NCBI RefSeq assembly: GCF_018350175.1
Contig: NC_058368.1
Span: 194,310,001-194,374,000 of the forward strand
Length of the DNA stretch: 64,000 bases
Source: Felis catus
Taxonomy: Eukaryota
Direction of reading: 5' to 3'
Program-made: the position numbers and the translations under genes
Shown: in pieces, positions 26,576-40,569 of the stretch
Layout: each line of letters opens with the position of its first letter
How positions within the stretch are numbered: the stretch's first letter is position 1
The notes under the pieces: generated by a model
What the model was told of the DNA's origin: nothing
Databases searched by the model: none
Seen by the model: the letters and a program-made list of their open reading frames with translations, nothing else

Positions 26576-26773
26576 GGGACACCTGAGTGGCTCAGCTGGT
26601 TGCGCATCTGACTTAAGCTCAGCGCACAATTTTGCAGTTCATGGGTTTGAGTCCCGCATCAAGCTTGCTGCTGTCAAACCAGAGCCCACTTTGGATCCTG
26701 GATCCCCCTCTCTCCCTGCCCCTTCCCCGCTTGTGCTCTCATTCTCTCAAAAATAAATAAACATTAAAAAAAA
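26576..26773 (+). mobile_element. Can-SINE
   Basis: gggacacctgagtggctcag head, ctctcaaaaataaataaacatt tail. Confidence 0.92.
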
Positions 26774-27729
26774 AGTTGAGGTCAGCATGTCATCCACAGG
26801 CTCAGGGAGTTTAAACTGTTCCAAAGAGATGTTGGGGTCCTTAAGCAGTGATGTTGAATTGCAGGTCTGGATTCTTAGGTAGAAATTCTGGATCCCAGTG
26901 AAGGTCCTACATTCAGTCTTTGTGACTTTGAGCACAGTGTATTTTACCTTTGAACCTCAGGTTAAATCCCTATCCCACCCCTGTGAGAGAATCAGAAGAT
27001 AAGAACAAAGTGATTTTCTTCCAGTGCTGAGTCCTTGACTATGACCTTTCCACTTTCAATGAAAATCTGTTCATGTCTAAATATTCCAGGCTTCTTCCTT
27101 AATAAAATTGTAGCTACTGAATAGCCAGAATTTTCCCCTGGCCTCCAGATACCTAGGAAAAAGAACATCAGTCTATGGAGGTAGAACAAATTAGCTGCCC
27201 ACATGTTGTGAACTTTAATGATCCTGAAGTCTATTTATACCTGTTCCCTGATGACCAGAATTCCTTTTGGTGAGAAAAGTCCTAGTAGCCCTCAGGGTCA
27301 GACTTTAAGTACAAAACCCCCAGGAAAGGGGCCATCTTCCAAGGTCAAGATGACTTATGTCCGAGTCTTTCCTTTAATGGATACAATTACTTAGATGCTA
27401 AGTAATATGCAATTATTTGACATCCAGGGGTGGGGTGGGACAAAAAAAAAGGGGGGTGCACTTTTTGTCTAAACTGCTCCTGCCTCGCAAGACTTAATAC
27501 CAAGATAAAATTGTATTCCTTGTCCGCAAGACAAAGAAAATGCACACAGAGAAATGACACTAGCACAGAGTTTAGGTCTTGGTCTTCTCGTTAGAAGACT
27601 ACGTACAATAATGATTCCAACACAGAGCTACTGCAAACATCTAAAGAGATAAGGATGCAAAATACTTTCAAGTGACTATTTCAGAGAAAACATAATGTTG
27701 AATTTTTGTAGGACCGAATTAACAAAACT

Positions 27730-27965
27730 AAAACTTTTACAGAGGACTGAATACGGGCCAGGTACTCTGGTAAGTGGTTTCCTTTCATTACCTCATTTAA
27801 CCCCCATATCCACCTTATGATGCCAGAACTATTCCTCCCTCCCACCCTCAGCATTTTCAGCCAGAGATTTAGAGCCGTTAAGTCACTTTCTCAAGGAAAG
27901 CACTTGATAAATTATAAATCCAGGATTCAGGTAAGCCTTTCTAATTTCAGAAATTGCATTTTAAA
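27730..27965 (-). mobile_element. MIR
   Basis: ggccaggtactctggtaagtgg...cattacctcatttaacccc...gttaagtcactttctcaagg. Confidence 0.7.
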
Positions 27966-27984
27966 CTAACCCAACCCCTGTAAT

Positions 27985-28125
27985 GTAAGGATGGGTCTCC
28001 TTTCACTGGACATGTCCAAGCAGAGGCTAGAAAAATGAGTGTCATGAACACTGAGTGTGAAACTTTTGTATGAGGTTGGAACCAGACTATGGAGACTTCT
28101 AAGGCTCATTCTTAGAGACAGATTC
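27985..28125 (+). mobile_element. CR1/L3 3' end relic
   Basis: ctcctttcactggacatgtccaagcagaggctag...aggttgga...acttctaaggctc. Confidence 0.55.
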
Positions 28126-29229
28126 TACACACATGGTCAGTGGTTTAAATGTCAGCTCATCCTTAGTTCTGGGTATTCCTTTAATGGCTGAGCAGAGCAG
28201 AAGTCAGAGATGAGTCCAGTTCTAAAATATGAAAACCATCTTTCTTCCTGTGAGAATTTACCTTCTGTCTCCTTTGCTAGAAACTGCTCAGTTACCCATG
28301 GATTTTTCAGAATATGCATTTTGTTCCTCCCTCATCCTATTACTCATTATCTAATCCTCTTTATTTGGTGTGCTCCACCATGGGCTATGGTGCTGAATCC
28401 CCATGCCCTCTCACTAACCCAATTTTCTTTCTCATGATCTGCAACAAAACCATGACTGATATTCCTTTCTTGGCTCTATGCTATGGGCCCTGCATATTTG
28501 CCACAAGTTAATGGAACAAAAAAGATAATTAATCCACCCAGGTACCATTACTTCTGTGGAAAAGTCTATTGTTCATATTTTTAGAAGCTGTAAGGAAACT
28601 CTTTTCAATAGGAAATTTGCCTTTGGATAGAACAGTAACATCCCTGTAGCTTCTGTTTATGGCCTGATCTTAGTCAGCATTTACCAAGAACCTACTATAC
28701 ATGCAAGACTGTGCTTAAAGAATAAACTTCAAAAATTACAGAGAAGACTCTTTTTCTCCCTGATATGGATGGGAAAAAAATATTATCCACAAGTTAATTT
28801 CACATAATTAAAATTTATCTTTTTGAGTCCTGAAACATAAAGTAGCCCTTTTCCCTGTAAAATCTCTACAATACAATAAATTAAACATTTCCTCATGTGC
28901 TTTGACAGAACATACATGTAACTAGATAAGCCTCCTTCTTGATAACTTAGAGTCAGGTACATAAATGATTATGCAATAGCACACATATTAATTCTCTTGG
29001 GGACCCAACAGGCTTTTTGCTTTCACATTAAATACACAAAGTGCCGTACTTTGGGAAATCTTGAACCTTTTACATGTTTACGTGTTTTCCACTACCACCA
29101 CCCACCTTCACACATGCTCACACCAACGCAGACACTAATGGAACAAAATCTCTGCCTTTAGTTCCACATTCTGAATTGTACTTCTTTATCTTCTAAGTTC
29201 CAAGAAAATGGCATTATTTTATCTGCACC

Positions 29230-29615
29230 TATGGCTACCTACAATTCCTCCCATCAACAAGCAGATCTATTTGAATCTGGGTCAGCTCTATGACTTGCTT
29301 TGACCAACAGAATTCTCCCAAGGTTATGCTATGCTAGCGCTGGACCTAGCCCTCAGCAGCTCGACACCCTAGGAAGCCGGCCTCCATGTTGTAAAGAAAC
29401 TGAGAACAGACTGTGGAATAATGAGAGCCCACAAGAAGATAGAGACCCTGGAGGTCTCAATGGGCACTGCAGCCACATTCTAGATCCCAGCTGAAGGTAG
29501 CCATTTGCATGGCCTCAGCTCACATGAAGCAGATCCACCCAATGGAGCTCAGTATACCTCAGATTCATGAAAAATAATTAACTTTTGTTGATCTAAGCCA
29601 CTAACTTTTAGGTAA
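29230..29615 (+). mobile_element. MLT1-family MaLR LTR (older subfamily)
   Basis: ttgaatctgggtcagctctatgacttgctttgaccaacagaat...ctaagccactaactttt. Confidence 0.7.
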
Positions 29616-30881
29616 GTAAAAAATATTTTGAAATGATATATAAGGGAATAAAAAAATCTCTGAATAAGCATTTAGGTCACCCTATAAATTAAGTACATCA
29701 TACTTAAAGATAGTGGAGTAAGAGGACCCTAAGCTCACCTCACCCCATGGGTACAATTAGATAACCCTCACGTAAGTGTAAGTAATCCAGAAAACATTCC
29801 CAAGAATGGCAGAACAAATGCCACAACTAATGGCAGAGAAGATTCCACATTAAAGAGGGTAGGAAAGGCAGAGATGTGGTAGGAACTAACTGGATGATAC
29901 CCTTCCACAGGGTGGGGGCCATGGAGGGATGAGGGAGCCCTGGGCATGGATAAGGGAGAGAAACAGACTATCACACCAGGAAGTCTGCACGAGGAAGATG
30001 TAACATTTGGCTGTGAAAGTGAAAGGGGCTGAATTTCCTGAGTTCTTACAACCAGTGGGACTTAAAACCTGGAATTCTAAAATTTAGCAGGCTTGCTTCT
30101 GGGAGAGACCTGAGGGCAATAGGAAGCTGAGCTCCTAACCTTATAGAGACAGGACAACAAAAAGCCTGTGGAGTTATAGTGTAGAAGCAGCAGTTTGAAA
30201 ACAGAAGCACACAGGAGGGAGAGTTGTTTACTAATTTCAGACTGTGTTCTGGAGGGACAGGGTCACAGGGAGACTCCTGGGAACAAAGGAGCTGGTAGAT
30301 GCTATCTCCCTCAATAACCCCCCAGCACGGCCACCTGTGGGAACCAGCACAGCACCAACAATCACTACCTAATTTGCATACACTGCCCCCTGCCCCCTCC
30401 CCTGTGCTTCAACGGACCAGCCTTTTTCAGTCATATTTGCCTCAGTCCCAGCACTGCAAATTCTCTGCCCCAGAAGACCATCACAAACCTTGCCAACACT
30501 GATATTCCCTACTAAGGAACTTTGTGGGTCCTTGGTCCTAGTGGCAGTGGCAGCAGCTCTCGTTTCGCAAGCAGACTTGCATGCACTTTGTTAAAACTGC
30601 ATGCCCCATCTTGAGAGAGATGAAACACTTCCCTCAAAAGGCAAAGATACCCTTGTAGGACAACTGGACTGAAGGGAAAACCACCCAAGACACAACAGCA
30701 GGGCACACACAACACACATAGGAGACATCCCCTAAAATGCAAGGTTCTGATGAACAGGGGACACCTCACCACAAGAAACTACAGGACCTCTTTGTCATAA
30801 TACCACTACTTTCAAGAGCAGGAGAAACAGTGGGAAACAGAAACATACAGAGAGTTAGACAAAATAAGAAGACAGAGGACT

Positions 30882-31790
30882 ATGTCTCAAATAAAAGAAT
30901 AAGACAAAACCACAGCAAGAGACTTCAACAAAACAGATATAAGTAATACGCTTTATATAGAATTTAAAGTAATGATTATGTTCACTGGACTTGAGGAAAG
31001 AGTGGAGGACAAGAACAAAACCCTTAACAAAGAGATAAGAAAGAAACAATAAGAAATGAAGAACACAGCAAATGAAAGTAAAAGTACATTAGATGGAATA
31101 AATAGCAGGCTAGAGGAGGCAGAGAAGCAAACTAGTGACCTAGAAGACAGGGTAAAGAAATCAAGCAGAGCAAGTGACAGAAAAAAATATATATGCAAAA
31201 TGAGAATAGACTTTAGAAATTAAGTGGCACCATAGATGTAATAATGTAACATGTAAATGTACATACATGTAATTATGTTCATACTATAAGGATCCCAGAA
31301 GAACAAGAGAGAGAAAACTGGGCAGAAAATAATTTATTTAAAGGAAACAGATATCCAGATCCAGGAAGTACAGAAATCCCTCAACAAAATCAACTCAAGG
31401 AAATCTATACCAAGACACATAGTAAATAGGGTGGCAAAAGTAATGATAAAGAATTTTAAAAGCAGCAAGAGAAAAAAAAAAAAAAGTAGTTACATACAGG
31501 GAAATCCATGAGGCTACCAGATGATTTTTCAGCAGAAACTCTGCAGGCCAGAAGGGAGTGGCATGATATATTCAAACTGCTGAAAGGAAAAAACAAAAAC
31601 AAAACAAAACAAAAAAGAAACAACAACAACAACAAAAAAACACCTGTGGCCAAGAATACTCTATCCAGTAATGCTATCATTCATAACAGAGGAGAGAAAG
31701 ATTTTCTCAGAAAAACAAAAGGTAAAAGATTTCATGACCACTAAACCAGCCCTATAAGAAATGTTAACAGGGATTATTTGAGTGGAAAGA
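30882..31790 (+). pseudogene. L1 ORF1p remnant (stops and frameshifts)
   Basis: RLPDDFSAETLQARREWHDIFKLLK motif at 31508+; coiled-coil-like codons 31050-31200. Confidence 0.88.
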
Positions 31791-32038
31791 ACAAAAGTAA
31801 AAGTATGAAAAATAGAAAACACAAAAGCAGTAAAAAATAAGTGTATCTATAAAAATCGGTCAAGGAACTCACAAAATAAAAGGATGTAATATATGACACC
31901 ATATACTTAAAATGTGGGGGAGAGAGAAGTAAAGAATGAGTTCAAACTTAAACGACCACCAACTTAATATAGATAGCCACATGCAGATGTTATATGCAAA
32001 CCTAGTGATAAAACCTCAAATCAAAAACCAGTAATATA

Positions 32039-32263
32039 GGGGCGCCTGGGTGGTGCAGTCGGTTAAGCGTCCGACTTCAGCCAGGTCACGATCTCGCGGT
32101 CCGTGAGTTCGAGCCCCGCGTCGGGCTCTGGGCTGATGGCTCAGAGCCTGGAGCCTGTTTCCGATTCTGTGTCTCCCTCTCTCTCTGCCCCTCCCCCGTT
32201 CATGCTCTGTCTCTCTCTGTCCCAAAAATAAATAAACGTTGAAAAAAAAATTAAAAAAAAAAC
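32039..32263 (+). mobile_element. Young felid Can-SINE (SINEC_Fc-like) in the L1 inter-ORF region
   Basis: CpG-rich, near consensus; perfect 17-bp TSD caaaaaccagtaatata (32022-32038, 32264-32280). Confidence 0.97.
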
Positions 32264-32403
32264 CAAAAACCAGTAATATATATACAATGAATAAAGAAAA
32301 AGGAATCCAAGTATATCACCAAAGAAAGCCAGCAAATTATGAGAGAGCCAGAGAAGAAAGGATCAGAGAAGAACTACAAAACAACCATAAAACAAGTAGT
32401 AAA

Positions 32404-33952
32404 ATGGCAATAAATACATATATATCAACACTTACATTGAATGTAAATGGACTAAATGCTCCAATCAAAAGAAATAGGGGACAGAATGGATTAAAAAAAG
32501 ACCCATCTATGTGCAGTCTACAAGAGCCTCATTTCAGACCTAAAGACACAGACAGATTGAAAGCAAGGGGATAAAGATTTATCATGCAAAGTAATGTCAA
32601 AAGAAAGCTGGAGTGGCAATACTCATATCTGACAAAGCAGACTTTAGAAAAAAGACTGTAACAAGAGACAGCGAAGGACACTAGATAATAATCAAGGGGG
32701 AAATCCAATGAGCAGATAAAACAATTATAAATATTTATGCATCCAACATGGAAACACTCAACTACATAAAGCAGTTAATAATAAACAAAAAGGAATTAAC
32801 TGATAGTGATACACTATCACTATAGGAGACTTTAACCTCCCACTTACTCAATGGACAGATCATCCAAACTGAAAATCAACAAAGAAGCAATGGTTTTGAA
32901 TGACACACTTGACCAAACGGATTTAACAGATATATTCAGAACATTCTATCCTAAAACAACAGAATCCACATTCTTTCCAAGTACACACAGAACATCCTCC
33001 AGAACAAATCATTAATCAGGCTACAAAGCAAGTTTCAACAAATTAAAAAGAAAAATCAGCCATACCATCCATCTTTCCTGACCACAACACTATGAAAGTA
33101 GAAGTCAACCACATGAAAAAAAAAAAATCTGGAAAGAGCACACATACGTGGAGGTTAAATAACATGCTACTAAATAATTAATAGGGCAACCAAGAAATCA
33201 AAGAATAAATCAAAAGTTACAGAGAGAGAAATGAAAATGAAAATGCAATGATTCAAAATCTTTGGGATGCAGCAAAAGTGGTTCTAAGAGGGAAGTTTAT
33301 ACAGCCCTATATCAAGAGGCAAGAAAAATCTCAAACAACCCAACCTTATACCTAAAGGAGCTAGAAAAAGAAGAACAAACCCAAAACAAACAGAAGTAAG
33401 GAAAAATAAATATTTGAACAGAAACACAGGACACAGAAACAAACAAACAAAAAAATAATAGAACAGGAAAATAAAACCAAAAGGTTGTTCTCTGAAAAAA
33501 CAAAATAATAAAATTGACAAACCTCTAGCTATATTCATAAAAAAATAAAATAAAAATAAATAATAAAAAACAGAGAGGACTCCAACAAAATTACAAACGA
33601 AGGAGGAGAAATAACAACTGACACCACACAAATACAAATGATTCTAAGAGAGTATTATGAAAAATTATATGTCAAAAAATTAGACAATCTAGAAGAAATG
33701 GGATAAATTTCTAGAAACAATTGAAGCATGAATAGAAATTTTGAACAGATTGATTACCAGCAATGATATTGAATTGGTAATCAGAAATCCAGGACCAGGT
33801 GGCTTCACAGGGGGAATCCTACCAAACATCTGAAGAGTTGATGCCTGTTTTTCTCAAACTTTTCAAAAACAAAATAGAAGAGTAAAGAAAACTTCCAAAT
33901 TGATTTTATGAGGCCAGCATTACCCTGATATCAAAACCAGATGAAGACACCA

Positions 33953-33995
<43 letters not shown>

Positions 33996-36038
33996 ATAGG
34001 CCAATATTTCTGATGAATATAGATGCAAAAAAAAATCCTTAAAATATTAGCAAACTGAATCTAATATAAATTTAAAAAGTCATTCAATCATTCACCATGA
34101 TAAGTGGAATTTATTCCTGGGCTGCCAGGGTGATCCAATATTTGCAAATCAATTAACATGATACATCACATCAATAAGAGAAAGGATAAAAATCATATGA
34201 TCACTTCAAAGATACAGAAAAAGCATTTGACAAAGTACATATCTATTCATGACAGAAACTCTCAAAGTAGGTTTAGAGGGAACATATCTCAACATATATG
34301 GCCTTATATGAAAAACCCACAACTAACATCATACTCAATGAGGAAAAAGCAGATATTTTCCTCTATAGTCAAGAACAATACAAGGATGCCCACTCTCACT
34401 TTTATTCAACATAGTACTACAAGTCCTAGCTACAGCAATTAGACAACATAAATAAATAAAAGCCATCCAAATTGGTAAGGAAGAAGTAAAACTTCCACTA
34501 TTTGCAATGGCATACTACTATATATACAAGAAAATGCTAAGATTCTTCCAAAAATTACTAGAATTGATAAGTGAATTCAGCAAAGTTGCAGGATACAAAA
34601 TCAATGACAGAAATCCACTGCATTTCTGTACACTAATAATGAAGCAGAAGGAGAAATTAAGAAAACAATCCCATATGCTATTGTACCAAAAACAATAAAA
34701 TACCTAGGAATAAGCTTAACAGAAGAGATGAAAGACCTGTACTCTGAAAACTATAAAACGCTGATGAAAGAACTTTAAGATGACACCAAGAAATGGAGAG
34801 ACATTCCATGCTCATGAATTGGAAAAACAAATATTGTTACAAATGTCTATATTACCCAAAGCAATCTGCAGATTTAGTGCAATCCCTACCAAATACCAAC
34901 AGCATTTTTCACAAAACTAGAACAAACAATTCTCAAGTTTGTATGGGACCACAGAAGACCCTGAATTACTAAAGCAATGTTAAAAAAGAAAAAAAAGTGG
35001 AGGCACCACAATTCTAGACCTCAAGTTTTATTACGAAGCTGTAGTGATCAAAACAGCATGGTACTGGCACAAAAATAAACACATAGATCAACGGAACAGA
35101 ATGAAAGCCCAGAAAAAACCCCACAGTTATATAGTCAACTAACCTTCAACATAGTAGGCAAGATTATGCAATGGGGAAAAGACAGTCTATTCAACAAACA
35201 GTGTTGGGAAAACTGGACAGCTACATGGAAAAGAATGAAACTGGACCACTTTCTTACACCATACACAAAAATAACTCAAAATGGATCAAAGACCTAAATG
35301 TGAGACCTGAAACCATAAAAATCCTAGAAAAGAGAACAGGCAGTAATTTATTTGACATTGACTATAGGAATATATTTCTACATAGGTGTCCTGAAGCAAG
35401 AAAAATAAAAGCAAAAATAAACTATTGGGACTATATCAAAATACAAAGCTTCTGCACAGGAAAGGAAACAATCAACAAAACTAAAAGATAACATACTGAA
35501 TGGGAGAAGATTTTTGCAAATGACATATCCAATAAGGGGTTACTATCCAAAATATATAAAGAATTTCTACAACTCAACACACACACACAAAAAGAAAAAA
35601 AATCCAATTTAAAAATGGGCAGAAGACATGAACAGACATTTCTCCAAAGACCTACAGATGGACGACACATACATGAAAAGATGCTCAACATCAGACACTA
35701 TCCAGAAAATGCAAATCAAAACTACAATAAGATATTACTTCACGCCTGTCAGAATGGCTAAAACCAAAGCCCAATAAACAACAAGTGTTGGTGAGAATGC
35801 AAATGGGTGTAGCCACTCTAGAAAACATTATGGAGTTTCCTTAGAAAATAAAAAATAGAACTATCCTACAATTTAGTAATCACACTACTGGGTACTTACC
35901 CAAAAAATAGGAAAATACTAATTCAAAGATATATATGCATCTCTGTGTTTATTGCAGCATGGTACGCAATAGCCCAACTATGGAAATAAGACAAGTGTCC
36001 ATCAACCAATGAATTAAGAAGATGTGGTATATGTGTGT

Positions 36039-36082
<44 letters not shown>

Positions 36083-36190
36083 ACACACACACACACACTG
36101 GAATATTACTCGGCCATAAAAAAGAATAAAATATTGCTATTGCAACAACAGAGATTGAGCTAGAGTATAATTTTAAGTGAAATAAGTCAG
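32404..36190 (+). pseudogene. L1 ORF2p remnant (EN-RT-C), multiply disrupted
   Basis: MAINTYISTLTLNVNGLNAPIKR start; fragments [50 protein letters not shown]; (GA)n 33957-33990 and (CA)n 36041-36098 inside. Confidence 0.93.
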
Positions 36191-39108
36191 AGAAAGACAA
36201 ATACCATAAGATTTTGTTCATATGTGGAATTTAACAGCCAAAATAAATGAACAAAGGAGAAAAAGAAAGAAACCAAAAAAAAATTTTTTTTTTCTTAACT
36301 ATAGAGAACAAACAGATGGTTACCAGAGGGGAGGTTGGGAGGGGAGGGAATGGGTGAAAAAAGTGAAGGAGATTAGGAAAAAAATTATTTGTACATCATA
36401 CTTAGTAATGTACTCTGATACATTAGAATAATCAGAAAACTAGTTTTCTCATTTTTCTAGTTATGGCTATATTCCATAAAGTTGGTGTCACTAAAGAACT
36501 GTCAGCAGAGAGAAGTCTGTTCTTAAATGCGTCTCAGGAAAAACACAAAGGCAGGGCTAAACATGGTATAAGACTAGATGGGAATATGGGACTAGTTAAT
36601 GAAACCAAAATAAGTTTATGTTAGGAACTAAAAATATAAAGGGGAAAAAAGAATGGAGAGTAGGATGGCAAATGAAGAATCTTGTTAGGATTTGCTAGAT
36701 AGCTGAGACCTTCCTCAGAGATGTTTTTGGAACCATAAATTGTCAATTCTAAACACAAATAATATAAGAATAGCTGTTGCATCATCCTTAGCTGTGACTA
36801 ACTAAAAGTCTACAGTTTGGCTTGAAGGGTTTTATAAACACAAAATTATTGGATAAGTTGATTAAAGTATAAAGATGGCACTATTCAGTTGATTTTTTCA
36901 ACCAATATGTATTGAGTACCTGTTCTAGATGATAAATACAAATCCGTGGACTAGATAGTAGAGATAAAAAAAAACTAAAAATATTTTGAAGTATTTAAGC
37001 TACAAAATAAGTAGAATGTACTGATTGACCATATATGGTAGAGAGGTGAGAAGGAAGAAAAGACGGTGGCCAAGTTTTATTGCAAAACAAATGTATATCC
37101 TTTACTCAATTCACATTTTAAAAAGAGCACTTCAGATTTTAAAGGTTAAGTAGTATACAGTAGAAAGAGCACAATACTGCCAGTTAGAAAATTTTGATTC
37201 TATTCTCATTTTTTGCCATTGGCTATGTAGCCTTCCCTTGCTAAAAGAGTTAAGAGGCTTCATCCCCCACAAGGTAGGAAATCCACTGATCTTTGGAAAA
37301 CAGGAGGCTTCAGCTTGATGGTGAGAGCCAGGCTGGTGCTGCAAACAGAGAAAACATCTCTCTCTCTCTCTCTCGCTCTCTCTCTGTCTCTCTGACTGTC
37401 TGGCAGGGGGCCACATAATACACTGATTCCATTTGGCAGCAGTAAAGTAGTTAATGGAAACTCCTCTTTCAAGATGTGACATGTTCCGCGTGATCTGTCA
37501 GAAGGAAAGTTTACATAATGAAGAGTACTGGCATGGATCAAAGCCATCTGGAGTAGCCCAATTCCCCTCTGGGCATTTGTGACTGGGGAGTCCTTATGAG
37601 AGCAAAGCAGAGAGATGAATTCTGGTTCCCTGAACAGTTAGGGAAGGGGATTGACTCTTGATACTAAAAAAAAAAAAAAAAAAAAGTCAAGATTAGAAGC
37701 TTGATTTATGAGAGGGTCAGCAAAGTAAGATTTGGGTAGAGGACCACCCAGAACATGTTCACTGTAAATCTAGCAATAAACAGTCCCCTATTTCAAGTCG
37801 TCATCTCGTCCACTCACTCCATGTTTAGGTAGCTCAGACCCGCAGTAGCACTCCATTGCTCAAGATCTGAAGAGTGGTTCTGGGGTGGGCACAGGAAATA
37901 TGTGATTCCTAACAGAAGAAAATCTCTTTTCAGGAAATGCAGGGGCCAAGGAGCTCTCCCTCTCAGCTGTCATCCCTAGCAACCCCCATCCCCACTCCCC
38001 TTACCCGCACCACACTCCCCATTTCAATGTGCAAAGATGTAGCTCCAGGAGCAAGCTTGTGCTTCTCTGACCACTCTGACAGGGGAAGCTCAGCACTAAA
38101 TTTTGATTGCTTATAATACCAAGATTCCTAATTGACACAGACTTTTCTTTCTCTGAATCCAAGGTACTGTTACACCTCGTTTGTGTTTTTGCCAAAATAT
38201 GACACTAAATACTAAAGAAGGTATAGAGGAGAATCTGTACTCTTCTTCCCTCCATCAGGGAGGAGGGAGAAGGGATGAGGAAGAAGGGGAGGGGAAGGGG
38301 AGAGGAGGAAGAGGAAAAAGAAGGGCAAATGGCCTGTGTTCTAACTTCAAATTATGTCCCTATGTTATTCAATCTCCCAGGACATGACAGAGGGGGACTT
38401 CAGGGTCCCTGTAAGTAAAAGGCAGATTACGCCTCATGCCATACCTTCCTTTCTAATGAGGCTGTTAGAGTATGCAATGACAAAATGCTTGTGAAAGAAT
38501 TTTGGCAAGTCTACAGCCTGGTATTTCTGGTATGACGATTAGCTCAAAATACATGCTCTTCTTTATATGCTCGATTTAGTATCACATTTGTTTACGAAAA
38601 ACAACCTGCCAATACAGAATACAGACACACATTTGGTGTTGGACTAGACAGGATGAGAGGTCTAAACAGTCGTTCAAGTCAAAATTAATCATAAGAGATT
38701 AATAATTAGCACATCTGGACTACATACTGCTCTTTTGCTGAAAGTTCTGTTTCTAGAAAACAAAGTGCATAATGACATTTCACATTTTTTCTTTAGCAGT
38801 TAAAGGTGATTTCCTTGGCTCTAGAACCCAAACAATTATCCCATGATTCGACAGATAAAGTATGTAAGCATTTCACCAGAAGAATTTACCTTCTAAAATC
38901 CAAGTTCTTGACAATTTTTAAAATCAGTGAAGCTCACAAAAGTGACAGCTGAAAAACAGCTATTTGCCTGTACCCCGTACCATAGGCATTTCATCTGCAT
39001 AATGACTATCTCCATGCATAGATCACTAACCTCTATAGTCTGAATATCTATACATTTAGAGAAGAAACTCCAAATCAAGGATTGACAGCTTTAAAAATAG
39101 TTAAGCTA

Positions 39109-39310
39109 GGGGCGCCTGGGTGGCTCAGTCGGTTAAGCGACCGACTTCAGCTCAGGTCACGATCTCACAGTCTGTGAGTTCGAGCCCCGCGTGGGGCTCT
39201 GGGCTGATGGCTCAGAGCCTGGAGCCTGCTTTGGATTCTGTGTCTCCCTCTCTCTCTGCCCCTCCCCCGTTCATGCTCTGTCTCTGTCTCAAAAATAAAT
39301 AAACGTTAAA
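39109..39310 (+). mobile_element. Young felid Can-SINE
   Basis: Near consensus; perfect TSD aaaaatagttaagcta (39093-39108, 39311-39326). Confidence 0.97.
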
Positions 39311-39504
39311 AAAAATAGTTAAGCTATTTTAAGTCAATTTTCTATTCTCTTGACTTCCTCTGTGTTTTCTCTCAAAAGCTTTCAGGAAATAAATGTTCTC
39401 AGGCCTCATAAGCTACTTTCCTTCTAACAATGTTTAAAAAAAATTAAAAGAACAGTTCCCTTACATTTAGTCATTTATAATTGATTAAAATCTTATTAAA
39501 AACA

Positions 39505-39700
39505 TTTTTTAAGCTTATTTCATTTTGAGAGAGAAAGAGAGTGAGAGAGTGGGGTGGGGAAGAGAGTGAGGGAGAGGGAGAATCCCAAACAGGGTCCACA
39601 ACATCAGCACGGAACCTGACCAGTGGCTCAAACCCACACTATCAGAGATCATGACCTGGGCTGAAGTCAGACCTTCAACCAACTGAGCTACTCAAGCACC
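39505..39700 (-). mobile_element. Older Can-SINE
   Basis: gagagagaaagag...gagatcatgacctgggctgaagtcag...caactgagctactcaagcacc. Confidence 0.88.
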
Positions 39701-40241
39701 TCAAAAACAACATTGTTAAATTAGTATTTAGTTTGTTTTAATTATTGCAAGCATGGGCCTTGTCTAATTTCAAGTTTTTATTTTGTGGTGGGCAAGGTTA
39801 TTTTCATAGTTAATCACATAACAGAGTGGGCAGATGATCAAATGTAATTGGTAGATGCTGTGAGGTGCTCCGGAATGTGGGCTCCATGGGAAACAAGCGA
39901 TTAGGAAGTGACCATGGTGCTGGAAAAGAGACCCAGGTACTCCCCAGGAGATAGCATGGAATCAGCACACACACTGCCTGGTTTCTACCTTATGGGCTCT
40001 TGCCTCCTTTCCAACTTTTTCTTGTAAACACCACTTCTTAGCAGTCTCCAACTACTTTTTCAGTCCATCAAACATGCCAGGCCATTTCCCTATCGGTGGG
40101 TTCTTCCCTCTGTTTCCTGAGAGTCTTTCTCTAATCGGCTCTTAGTCAATCTTCAGATCTCAAGTTAATGTGGTAACATGTTTTGCCCAATCAACCCTTA
40201 AAATACATTCCCTCTCATTTCTAACTTAGGAAGTCATTTTT

Positions 40242-40460
40242 TAAAAATTTTAATGTTTATTTATTTTTGAGAGAGAGAGAGAGAGAGAGAGAGTATGAGT
40301 GGGGGAGGGGCATAGAGAGAGGGAGACACAGAATCTGAAGCAGGCTCCAGGCTCTGAGCTGTCAGCACAGAGTCTGATGCGGGGCTTGAACCCACAAACT
40401 GTGAGATCATGACCTGAGCTGAAGTTGGACACTCAACCAACTGAGCCACCCAGGTGCCCC
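40242..40460 (-). mobile_element. Can-SINE
   Basis: Full element; TSD aggaagtcattttt on both sides. Confidence 0.96.
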
Positions 40461-40569
40461 AGGAAGTCATTTTTCTTATTTCATCCCACCCAAGGTAATC
40501 TGTAATTATTCCTTTAAGTATTACCGGTTTATTGTGGATCACTCTTTCTGTGAGTGGCAGACAATAGAA

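Larger units (their letters stand above)
29707..36390 (+). mobile_element. Near full-length inactive carnivore L1 (5' UTR, ORF1, ORF2, shortened 3' UTR)
   Basis: All modules collinear; 14-bp TSD gtacatcatactta at 29693-29706 and 36391-36404. Confidence 0.95.

Noticed and set aside
32039..32120. tRNA gene (A/B boxes)
   Set aside because: It is the tRNA-derived head of a Can-SINE; the same applies to the other SINE heads
29707..36390. Retrotransposition-competent L1
   Set aside because: Both ORFs carry many stops and frameshifts, plus SINE and microsatellite insertions
38890..38948. 59-nt minus-strand segment with good acceptor (tttttcag) and donor (AAG|gtaaat)
   Set aside because: Stop codons in all three frames and no other support; could only be non-coding or terminal
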